A DNA stretch of 38,970 nt from Gammaproteobacteria bacterium (lineage in GTDB: Bacteria; Pseudomonadota; Gammaproteobacteria; Burkholderiales; SHXO01). The notes below the pieces were generated by a model. It ran no database searches, had not been told where the DNA came from, and saw nothing but the letters and a program-made list of their open reading frames with translations. The position numbers and the translations under genes were made by a program. The stretch spans positions 1 to 38,970 of the forward strand of contig JBGPMS010000003.1 of NCBI GenBank assembly GCA_041487115.1, written 5' to 3'. Shown here piece by piece: positions 1 to 7,987 of this stretch (position 1 is its first letter; every line of letters starts with the position of its first letter).

Positions 1-174
1 GGCCCCGCCCTTCTTATCGACGCCATCGCCTTCGCGGCCGAGAAGCATCGCAACCAGCGGCGCAAGGATGCAGAGGCGAGTCCGTACATCAATCATCCGA
101 TTGCGCTGGCCAGGGTACTCACAATCGAAGGGGGGGTGATGGACGATGTCGTGCTCGCGGCTGCCTGTGAATGA
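1..174 (+). pseudogene. Truncated HD-domain (p)ppGpp hydrolase-like gene (MESH1/SpoT-HD type); 5' end outside window
   Basis: Frame 1 reads ...LLIDAIAFAAEKHRNQRRKDAEASPYINHPIALARVLTIEGGVMDDVVLAAACE*; FAAxKHxxQRRK and PYINHP are typical MESH1 motifs, but the frame stops just before the expected LHD motif. Confidence 0.8.
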
Positions 175-344
175 TCACGACGATTTGAGCAGTTTTTGCC
201 GGTCGTGATCACCGCTGGCAGATCAGGTCCGGTTACGTGAAACCGGCGCCAGCAGCTGATTTCAAGGCTTCGTACCTGGTCTCCACTGCGTGATAAAGTC
301 TGGTCAAGTTTGCGTGATCGTTTACATCGGCATGGCCAGGATCT

Positions 345-509
345 GATCTTTTGGTCGAGTTCGACGGAGCGCCGACCTTCGATTTGTTCATGGACCTCAA
401 GTTTTTTTTGGAAGATCCGCTCTCGCGAAGAGTCGACCTGGTCACGCGCGCGGCGCTCAGGCCCAAGATGCGGCCCATTATCGAGCGCGAGGCCGTTCGT
501 GTCGCGTGA
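345..509 (+). pseudogene. C-terminal half of a minimal nucleotidyltransferase (MNT) antitoxin
   Basis: DLLVEFDGAPTFDLFMDLKFFLEDPLSRRVDLVTRAALRPKMRPIIEREAVRVA*; the N-terminal LFGS..RG part and a start codon are absent; overlaps the HEPN gene start. Confidence 0.8.
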
Positions 510-629
510 CTGGAGGCTGTATTGGGACGACATCTTGATGGCGTGCCGCAAGATCCTGCGGTTTACTGCCTAACGGAGAAGGTCCCTGAGCTGCTGGCCG
601 CGATGGAAGCGGCGGGCCCGCCCGTGTAG
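499..629 (+). pseudogene. Internally deleted DUF86/HEPN toxin gene
   Basis: GTG at 499 gives MSRDWRLYWDDILMACRKILRFTA* (DUF86-type N-terminus); another frame continues TEKVPELLAAMEAAGPPV* (573-629, DUF86-type C-terminus); no RxxxxH core between. Confidence 0.7.
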
Positions 630-793
630 AGCGGGAACCGAAATGTCAGGTCGGTCGCCGAAGATTGAGATGAACAAGCACCCAGCCTATTAAAGGTTCG
701 TGAGCCTGCTTCAGCGCCTGCCGCTCGCGGCTCGTCGGCGCGCCGCTTGGCGGCAGCGCCGCGACCGGGATGGTCGAGGGTGATCGCAACACT

Positions 794-838
794 CGACAGT
801 CGCTTCTTGGTGGGTTCGACTCCCGCTGTCCCCTGCCA
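794..838 (+). pseudogene. 3' fragment of a tRNA-Sec-like gene (att-type remnant)
   Basis: T-arm GTGGG-TTCGACT-CCCGC (810-826), 8-nt acceptor strand, G discriminator and CCA (836-838); no matching 5' acceptor strand or anticodon arm upstream; next to fdhD. Confidence 0.65.
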
Positions 839-854
839 TGGTAGGATTCTCGCC

Positions 855-1670
855 ATGAACGACCACGCGCGCTTCAGCGCGACCCACAACGAGTACCAGG
901 TGCAACGCTGGCAGGACGGCCAGTTGACGACCTCCGCCGACAGGGTAGCCGAGGAGGTTCCCGTCTCCCTCGTCTACAACGGCATACCGCACGTGGTGAT
1001 GATGGCCTCACCCGCCGACCTGGAAGACTTCGCGCTGGGCTTCAGCCTGAGCGAGGGGGTGCTCGCCAGCCGGGAAGAGTTGTACGTGACCGATATCACG
1101 GCGGTGAGCGAGGGTGTCGAGATCCGCATGGACATCGACCTGCAGCGTTTCCTCCCGCTGGAGGAGCAGCACCGGAATCTCGCCGGGCGCACCGGCTGCG
1201 GGTTGTGCGGGGCGGAGACGATCGACCAGGCGGTTCGCCACCCCGCCGCGGTGAGCAAGGGTGTCGAGGTGACGCACTCGGCCCTCCACGCGGCCTTCGC
1301 CCAGCTCGCCGAGCGGCAGGCACTGAACGCGGTGACCGGCGCGGTGCACGCGGCAGCCTGGGCCACACCGGACGGAAAGCTTGTCGCCGTGCGCGAGGAC
1401 GTGGGCCGGCACAATGCGCTCGACAAGATGATCGGCGCGATGGCGCGCGAGGGGCGCTCCTTCGCCGAAGGTTTTGCGCTGATCACCAGCCGCGCCAGCT
1501 TCGAGATGGCACAGAAGGCCGCCACCGTCGGCATCACTTTGCTGGCCGCGATCTCGGCTCCCACGGGGCTCGCCATTCGCGTGGCCGAAGAGACCGGCCT
1601 CACGCTGGTCGGTTTCGCCCGCACCGGGCAGCACAATGTCTACGCCAACGCCCATCGTTTGAAGCTGTAG
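855..1670 (+). CDS. fdhD: Formate dehydrogenase accessory sulfurtransferase FdhD
   Basis: VAEEVPV, MMASPADLEDFALGF, GCGLCG, REDVGRHNALDK, SAPTGLA motifs; ATG 855 preferred over 747. Confidence 0.95.
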   Translation: MNDHARFSATHNEYQVQRWQDGQLTTSADRVAEEVPVSLVYNGIPHVVMMASPADLEDFALGFSLSEGVLASREELYVTDITAVSEGVEIRMDIDLQRFLPLEEQHRNLAGRTGCGLCGAETIDQAVRHPAAVSKGVEVTHSALHAAFAQLAERQALNAVTGAVHAAAWATPDGKLVAVREDVGRHNALDKMIGAMAREGRSFAEGFALITSRASFEMAQKAATVGITLLAAISAPTGLAIRVAEETGLTLVGFARTGQHNVYANAHRLKL

Positions 1671-1788
1671 GCGCGCAAAGCTCCTGGCGCACCGCCGGTC
1701 ATCCGCGGCTTGTTCGGTCGTCGCGCCACGGCGTTCAACCTTCTCGGAGAGGTGGACCTGAGCGCGTCGTGAACCTGGAGATGAGCGG

Positions 1789-3423
1789 ATGCAGAACCGA
1801 GTGAAACTGGAAGCTGTCGGCGGACAAAACAGCATTGGTCGCAAGGTCAGCGTGCGGGAGGCGACCTTCGATCTGCTGCGCTCGTTCGGCATGACCACTG
1901 TCTTCGGTAACCCTGGCTCGACCGAGCTGCGCATGTTCCGCGACTGGCCCGAAGACTTCCACTATGTGCTGGGCCTGCAGGAGAGCGTGGTCGTGGCCAT
2001 GGCCGACAGCTATGCCCAGGTCACGCGCCGCCCCGCGCTGGCGAACCTGCATTCGGCGGGAGGTGTCGGGCACGCGCTGGGCAGCGTGTTCACTGCCTAC
2101 CGCAATCAGACGCCACTGGTCATCGTTGCCGGCCAGCAGACCCGCGCCATGCTCCCAACCGATCCTTTCCTGTCCGCGCGCTCCGCCGTCGAGTTTCCGC
2201 GGCCGTACGTCAAATGGAGCATCGAGCCAGCACGAGGCGAGGACGTGCCTGCCGCGATCGCGCAGGCTATCCATACGGCGTTGCAGCGGCCCTGCGGCCC
2301 GGTGTTCGTGTCGGTCCCCGAGGACGACTGGGAGGTGGAGACGGACCCGATCCAGCCACGCCAGGTCCATGTCCAGTTTGCCCCGGATCCCGGCGCGCTC
2401 GACCGACTGGCTGACGCCTTGAATTCGAGCCGCCGTCCTGCCCTGGTAGTCGGCGCTGCCGTGGACCAGGACGGCGCCTGGCCGCTCGCGATCCAGCTCG
2501 CCGAGCGTCTCAATGCCGCGGTCTGGGAAAGCCCGATGTCCGGGCGCCGCAGCTTCCCGGAGGACCACCCGCTGTTCGCCGGTTTCCTGCCGCCGCTGCG
2601 CCAGCCGCTGGCGGACCGTCTGGCCGGGCACGATGTGGTCGTGGTGATCGGCGCGCCGGTGTTCACCTATCACGTTCACACCGGCGGCGCTTTCCTGCCC
2701 GAGGGCACGCAGTTGTTCCAGCTCACGGACGATCCGGAGCAGGCCGCCCGCGCGCCGGTCGGGACCAGCATCCTGTGCACCATCCAGCTCGGCATGGAGC
2801 AGCTGCTGGCGCAGACGTCTCATGTGCAGCGCGCCGCCCCGAAGCCGCGCCAACGGCCTCCGATCCCGCCTGCGCGCGACCCGATCGGTGGCGAGTTCGC
2901 CATGCATGCCATCGCGACCACCATGCCGCCGAACGCGGTCGTGGTGGAAGAGGCGCCCTCTCATCGCAATGCGCTGCACGAGTACTTGCCGATTCGCGCT
3001 AGTGGCGGGTTCTACGCCTGCGCCAGCGGGGGGCTCGGCTGGGCTCTCCCGGCGGCCGTCGGAGTGGCGCTGGCCGATTCCTCGCGCAAGGTGATCGCCG
3101 TGCTCGGGGACGGCTCCAGCCTCTACAGCATCCAGGCGCTGTGGACCGCCGCCCAGCATCGGCTGCCGATCACCTTCGTGATCCTCGACAACGCCGGCTA
3201 CGCAGCGGTGAAATCGCTGGGCGCCCGCTTAGGGATAGCGCACATGCCGGGCAGTGATGTCGAGGGTGTGGACTTCGTCGATGTGGCGCGCGGTTTCGGG
3301 TGCCGCGCTGCACGCGTCGAGCAAGCCGCGCAGCTGGCCCCGGCGCTGGCGCAGGCGTTCGCAGCGAAAGAGCCCTGGCTGGTCGATGTCCGCATGGATC
3401 GCGCGATCCAGACGCTCTACTGA
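1789..3423 (+). CDS. mdlC: Benzoylformate decarboxylase (ThDP-dependent)
   Basis: FGNPGSTEL, NLHSAGGVG, FTYH and GDGS..N ThDP motif; BFD-type Ser/His/His residues present. Confidence 0.85.
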   Translation: MQNRVKLEAVGGQNSIGRKVSVREATFDLLRSFGMTTVFGNPGSTELRMFRDWPEDFHYVLGLQESVVVAMADSYAQVTRRPALANLHSAGGVGHALGSVFTAYRNQTPLVIVAGQQTRAMLPTDPFLSARSAVEFPRPYVKWSIEPARGEDVPAAIAQAIHTALQRPCGPVFVSVPEDDWEVETDPIQPRQVHVQFAPDPGALDRLADALNSSRRPALVVGAAVDQDGAWPLAIQLAERLNAAVWESPMSGRRSFPEDHPLFAGFLPPLRQPLADRLAGHDVVVVIGAPVFTYHVHTGGAFLPEGTQLFQLTDDPEQAARAPVGTSILCTIQLGMEQLLAQTSHVQRAAPKPRQRPPIPPARDPIGGEFAMHAIATTMPPNAVVVEEAPSHRNALHEYLPIRASGGFYACASGGLGWALPAAVGVALADSSRKVIAVLGDGSSLYSIQALWTAAQHRLPITFVILDNAGYAAVKSLGARLGIAHMPGSDVEGVDFVDVARGFGCRAARVEQAAQLAPALAQAFAAKEPWLVDVRMDRAIQTLY

Positions 3424-4859
3424 TGCTCGTGCGCGCGTTCGTCGCTGCGGTCTTGTTAGCGGGCTGCTCCGCACTCGCGGCGCAGCCTTTCGACCTGGTC
3501 ATCGCCAACGGGAGGGTGATGGACCCCGAGTCCGGCATGGATGCGGTGCGCAACGTCGGCATCCGCGGCGGGGTAATCGAAGCGATCAGCGACGCATCGC
3601 TCGAAGCGCGCGAGGTCATCGACGCACGCGGGCTGGTGGTGGCTCCGGGGTTCATCAACCTGCATTGGCACGGCAAGGATCCGCGCAGCGACTACTACGA
3701 GGCGATGGATGGCGTCACCTCGACCTTCGAGCTCGAGATCGGCGTGGCGGACGTGGACCGCTGGTACGACGAGCGGGCAGGGCGCATGCCGATCAACTAC
3801 GGCGCAGCTATCGGGCACGCGCCGTCGCGCATGGCGGTGATGAACGACCCGGGGGATTTCCTGCCCGCCGGCGACGCTGCCCGCAAGCCGGCCACCGATG
3901 CCGAGCTGAGCGAGATCGCGCGGCGCGTGGACCAGGGGCTCAAGCGCGGCGCGGTTGGGGTCGGTTTCGGGCTGGCCTATACGCCGGCGGCATCGCGCTG
4001 GGAGATCCTGCAGATGTTCCGCCTTGCCGCGAAGTACCAAGCGACCACCTTCGTGCATATCCGCGGTGCGTCCAGCGCCGGCAGCAGCGACCGCGAGGAG
4101 GGGCTGCTGGAAGCGATCGCGCTCAGCGCGGTCTCCAACGCCCCGGTGCACGTCGCTCACATCAACAGCAGTGGGCAACAGTCCACCGCGCGCATGCTCG
4201 CCATCATCCAGGAGGCGCGCGCGCACGGTGTCGATGTCAGCACCGAGTGCTATCCCTACACCGCCGGCGCCACCCGCATCGAATCCTTCCTGTTCGATGC
4301 GTGGATGGACAAGCCTCAGGAGGAATACGGCAAGCTGCAGTGGGCCGCCACCGGCGAGCGCCTGACGAAAGAAACCTTCCTCGAGTACCGTAAGCTGGGC
4401 GGATTGGTGCTGATCCATTCCAATACCGAGGCTGTGATCGTCACCGCCGTTACGAGTCCGCTGACCGCGTTCGCGAGCGACGGCTTCGACGTCTATGCGC
4501 ACAACGGTCATCCACGCTCGGCCGGCACCTATTCGAGGATCCTGGGCCGCTACGTGCGGGAACAGGGCGTGCTCACGTTGATGGAAGCGCTGCGCAAGAT
4601 GACTCTGCTGCCGGCGCAGCGGCTCGAGGCGCGTGTCCCGCAGATGCGCGAGAAGGGCCGCATCCGAGCCGGTGCCCATGCGGACATCGCCGTCTTCGAC
4701 GCCGACCGCGTCATCGACCGCGCCACGTTCGAGGACCCTGCGGTCTACTCCGAGGGTATGCGCTACGTCCTGGTCGGCGGCCGGTTCGTGGTGCGCGATG
4801 GGAAAGTCGTCGAGGGCGCAACGCCGGGCCAGCCGGTCCGGGCAGCTATCGCTCAATAG
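3423..4859 (+). CDS. Exported amidohydrolase, N-acyl-D-amino-acid deacylase family
   Basis: DLVIANGRVMD, APGFINLHWH, YPYTAG, ASDG, HPRSAGTY, ADIAVFD; signal peptide with LAGC; ATG overlaps mdlC stop (TGATG). Confidence 0.85.
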   Translation: MLVRAFVAAVLLAGCSALAAQPFDLVIANGRVMDPESGMDAVRNVGIRGGVIEAISDASLEAREVIDARGLVVAPGFINLHWHGKDPRSDYYEAMDGVTSTFELEIGVADVDRWYDERAGRMPINYGAAIGHAPSRMAVMNDPGDFLPAGDAARKPATDAELSEIARRVDQGLKRGAVGVGFGLAYTPAASRWEILQMFRLAAKYQATTFVHIRGASSAGSSDREEGLLEAIALSAVSNAPVHVAHINSSGQQSTARMLAIIQEARAHGVDVSTECYPYTAGATRIESFLFDAWMDKPQEEYGKLQWAATGERLTKETFLEYRKLGGLVLIHSNTEAVIVTAVTSPLTAFASDGFDVYAHNGHPRSAGTYSRILGRYVREQGVLTLMEALRKMTLLPAQRLEARVPQMREKGRIRAGAHADIAVFDADRVIDRATFEDPAVYSEGMRYVLVGGRFVVRDGKVVEGATPGQPVRAAIAQ

Positions 4860-4888
4860 GCCGCGCATACACTGAACAGGAGGCAGGC

Positions 4889-5062
4889 CTGAGTCTGCTG
4901 TCGAGGACGATACTGCTCGCGGTGCTCCTCTTCCCAGCCCTCGCGGCTGCGCAAGCCCGTCAGACCCGGTTCCAGCTCTTCGACCTCGATCGCATCGGCC
5001 TCGCCTTCCGCGCGGGCGGCGGCGTGCAGGCAGTGCGGCTGTCCTTCAGTCTGCCGTGCTGA
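4889..5062 (+). other. Possible 57-codon small ORF or internally deleted exported-protein gene (CTG start)
   Basis: AGGAGG at 4878-4883 then CTG; LSLLSRTILLAVLLFPALAAAQ (signal-like) followed by FDLDRIGLAFRAGGGVQAVRLSFSLPC*. Confidence 0.4.
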
Positions 5063-5105
5063 CCGCAGTGCCAGCGGCGGCGGAAGGGCGAGTTGTGCCG
5101 GCCGC

Positions 5106-5630
5106 TCAATTCAGCGTAGGCGAGCCGTGCTCGGAAGCGGGCGGGTCCGCCGTAGGCAGCTTGAGGATGAAGCCCCATTCGGCCTTCTCCACGGTGCGCT
5201 GAAGCAGCTTCATCAAGCCGTGCAGCAAAGGCGCGTCCAGCGTCAGAAAAATGCCCTGCCCCTCGGCCGGCAGCATGCCCAGCACCATGCGGCCGTCGTC
5301 CGTCTTCCTCCGTTGCAGACGAGCCACCAGCAGCGGGTTGTCGCCCAGAGGCCGCGCACGCGGCGCATCCTCGTAGGCTTTGGAGAAGGTCGCCTGGCTG
5401 AGAGCCTTCTCGTGCTGGAACTCGAACAGGGCGCGCTTGGCAAGCGGGTCCGCGGCACGCGTTGCGATTTCGGGCTCGGACTCCGCGAAGCCGACCAGCA
5501 GCGGCCACAGCCGGATGACGCAGCGGCGCGTGAGCCAGAGCAGAGCCTCTTCGCTGCTGGCGGTGGAAACCCGCATCAACAGCCGGTCCTGCTCGGCGTC
5601 GTGTTCGATCTTGAGCTGATGTAGGCGCAT
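5106..5630 (-). CDS. Hypothetical protein
   Basis: MRLHQLKIEHDAEQDRLLMRV...LWLTRR; protein-like composition; ATG at 5630 with TATCAT 8 nt upstream. Confidence 0.75.
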   Translation of the reverse strand: MRLHQLKIEHDAEQDRLLMRVSTASSEEALLWLTRRCVIRLWPLLVGFAESEPEIATRAADPLAKRALFEFQHEKALSQATFSKAYEDAPRARPLGDNPLLVARLQRRKTDDGRMVLGMLPAEGQGIFLTLDAPLLHGLMKLLQRTVEKAEWGFILKLPTADPPASEHGSPTLN

Positions 5631-6111
5631 AGAAGGCAATGATACCCGGCTGGCCGCGGTTTGGTCACGACCCCGCGGCCGCGCACACCTCGGCCGGCGG
5701 AGCGCGAGCTTAGCAGGCATTTCCGGTGGCACATTCCTGTAACGCTTCCGCATCCGGCCGGGGGCGATGCCGGCGCGTCCGGCAGTGACGCGAATCGTTC
5801 GAGGTGCACGTTGTGCGGCGGTCCCGCGCCCGATCGGATACTACTTTCGGCGAAGCCTGATGGCAGGCGACGTCTGCGGGCTGGAAATGCCGCCGATCCC
5901 CAATTCATTCAGGCAGATAGGGATGCGTGATCCATTCGTTAACGCTATTTCACCTGTCGGCCGTCAGGCGACTCTATGGCTTCCGTTCGATATGCCGAAA
6001 CCGTTCACGGCGCAAAAATGACCACTCATACCGCTGGGCTCAAGGTGGTGCAGAAGTTGCCGTGAGTGGTGTGGAAGCCCAGGCAGTTTCGTGAACGATG
6101 GAGGGCAGCTT

Positions 6112-6516
6112 ATGTCGTCGTCTTTGTGGTACCGCTTCGGCCGCGTCGTCGGCCTGGCCATGATCCTTTCGTCCGCGTCGCTCGCCCGCGCCGACGAAAT
6201 GCCTGGCTACCGTTTCGAAGCTGCCGCCCAGGAAATCACGCAGCTGTTCTGGCTGGCCGAGACCGCCACCGTGTGCGGCTGGGCGAGCGAAGAGGACACG
6301 CTGAAGTTCAAGGAGTTCTCGGTCCGCTTCCTGTCCGCCCACTTGTCCGGTACCCACAGGGTAGCGCTGGTGTCGCTGGTGACGGAGAACGGCTACGAGG
6401 ACAAGCTGCGCCGGGTGGCGCTGGAGGGCGCGCAGCACAACTGCGGCAACTCGCGCTGGCACACCGGCTGGGTGTCTTACAAAGACGCCGCCGATCGGCG
6501 TGCGCAGGATTTTTGA
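6112..6516 (+). CDS. Hypothetical secreted protein (two Cys, possible disulfide)
   Basis: GGAGG at 6100-6104 before ATG 6112; signal peptide ending SLARA-DE; host-like codon usage. Confidence 0.75.
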   Translation: MSSSLWYRFGRVVGLAMILSSASLARADEMPGYRFEAAAQEITQLFWLAETATVCGWASEEDTLKFKEFSVRFLSAHLSGTHRVALVSLVTENGYEDKLRRVALEGAQHNCGNSRWHTGWVSYKDAADRRAQDF

Positions 6517-6579
6517 GATTGCGGAGGTGCTAGAGCGCCGCGATTTCTGAAGCTTTTGGTTTGACGGTCTCCTCCCCTT

Positions 6580-6619
6580 GGGCCCGGGTGGCGCGAAACG
6601 CCTCCGGGCCCTTTTCTTT
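6580..6619 (+). terminator. Rho-independent terminator between convergent genes
   Basis: GGGCCCGG (6580-6587) pairs with CCGGGCCC (6604-6611), followed by TTTTCTTT. Confidence 0.75.
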
Positions 6620-7882
6620 CTAGGCGAAGATCGGAAACGTCTCGAACTCGCCGCGCAGCACTTTGCGCGTATCGCTGAAGCCCAGCCAGCCCTGCATCGC
6701 CGTGGCGTAGACGCGCCGGAAGTCCGTGGTGTAGAGCAGGTTGTCACCCGGGTCGAGCTTGGTGAGGCTCGGCACCTCGCCGTAGTGCCCGCCTTTGACC
6801 TGCTTGCCGGCCAGGAACATCACGTTCGCCGCGCCGTGGTCGGTGCCCAGGCTGGTGTTCTCGGGCACGCGGCGGCCGAACTCCGAGAAGATCATCATGC
6901 TCACGTCGTCGGCGCGTCCGATGCGCTCCATGTCGCGCATGAACCCGTAGACCGCGTCGGAGGCGTAGGTCAGCAGCCGCTGGTGCAGATCCGACTGCTG
7001 GACGTGAGTGTCGAAGGCGTTATTGCGATAGGCGACGTAATACAGTTGCGTCGGCATACCCGCCTCGATCAGCGCAGCGACCTTGGACAGGTGCAGCGAC
7101 ACGATGCCGTAGTCGACGGGCGACTTGTAGTTTGCCCAGGCCTGGCGCACCAGGATCGATGCGTCCTGCGCGCCGCGCGCCACATCGATCAGATAACGCT
7201 GGGTCGGGTTCATGCCTGGGTCGGCCTGGGCTACTTTCTCCAGCAGCGGCTTCTCGTTGAAGAAAGCGTTGCGCGTGAACTTCTCCGGGTCGTCGAACAC
7301 CACTGGCGTGTGCAGCCGGCTGCGCACCGCCAGCGACTGCGTGGCATCCACGTTGACGATGTAATTGGGCGTGGACTCCGGGTCCATGGCGTCGGCCAGG
7401 CGGCCGACCCAGCCGTATTCCTCGCCGCTGTTGGGGGCGGCGGTGTGCCAGTAGGCCATCGACGTGAAGTGCGAGAAGGACGGGTTGTCGTAGCCGCAGC
7501 CGTGCACGATGGCGAGCTTGCCGTCCTTGTACAGGTGCTCGAAGCCGGCCATGCCTGGACTCAAGCCGAAGTGGTCGTCGATCTTGCGCAGCTTGCCGGG
7601 CTTGATGCCGATCTGGGGGCGCTGGCGGTAGTAAGCGTCGTCGGCGTACGGCACGACCGTATTCAGTCCGTCGTTGCCGCCGGATAGTTCGAAGATGACC
7701 AGGATCCGCTTGCTCTTGCGCTCGTCCGCGGCGCTGGCCATAGCCGCCTGGCTGAACAATAGCGGCAGCCCGAGGCGCCGCGCCAGGCCGATGCTCATGC
7801 CGCCCAGCGCGCCGCGCAGAAGGTCACGCCGGGTGGTGTCGGGGTGATCCGAACCGCAGGAGGGGCAGTCAAGCTTGCGCAT
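6620..7882 (-). CDS. DUF1501 family protein, Tat-exported
   Basis: TRRDLLRG Tat motif; LSGGNDGLNTVVPY, SHF, FDTH, FSEFGRR..EN..GTDHG. Confidence 0.92.
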   Translation of the reverse strand: MRKLDCPSCGSDHPDTTRRDLLRGALGGMSIGLARRLGLPLLFSQAAMASAADERKSKRILVIFELSGGNDGLNTVVPYADDAYYRQRPQIGIKPGKLRKIDDHFGLSPGMAGFEHLYKDGKLAIVHGCGYDNPSFSHFTSMAYWHTAAPNSGEEYGWVGRLADAMDPESTPNYIVNVDATQSLAVRSRLHTPVVFDDPEKFTRNAFFNEKPLLEKVAQADPGMNPTQRYLIDVARGAQDASILVRQAWANYKSPVDYGIVSLHLSKVAALIEAGMPTQLYYVAYRNNAFDTHVQQSDLHQRLLTYASDAVYGFMRDMERIGRADDVSMMIFSEFGRRVPENTSLGTDHGAANVMFLAGKQVKGGHYGEVPSLTKLDPGDNLLYTTDFRRVYATAMQGWLGFSDTRKVLRGEFETFPIFA

Positions 7883-7909
7883 GGGTGGTCTCGCTCAGAT
7901 CAGACCTCT

Positions 7910-7944
7910 CCGCAGTCCTTCCCTTGAAAGGGCGAGGATTGCGG
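7910..7944. repeat. Intergenic imperfect hairpin, REP-like
   Basis: CCGCAGTCCTTCCCTT-GA-AAGGGCGAGGATTGCGG between DUF1800 and DUF1501 genes. Confidence 0.45.
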
Positions 7945-7987
7945 TGGGGTGCATTGACGAAAGGGTCCGGCCTATTCACAGCGGGGC

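Noticed and set aside
740-838. Intact tRNA-Sec gene
   Set aside because: No complementary 5' acceptor strand, D-arm or TCA anticodon loop upstream; only the 3' part is present.
6010-6075. c-di-GMP-II riboswitch resemblance
   Set aside because: Only loose similarity (AATGA..TGGG..); the conserved GCAC/GTGC pseudoknot and 3' motif are missing.
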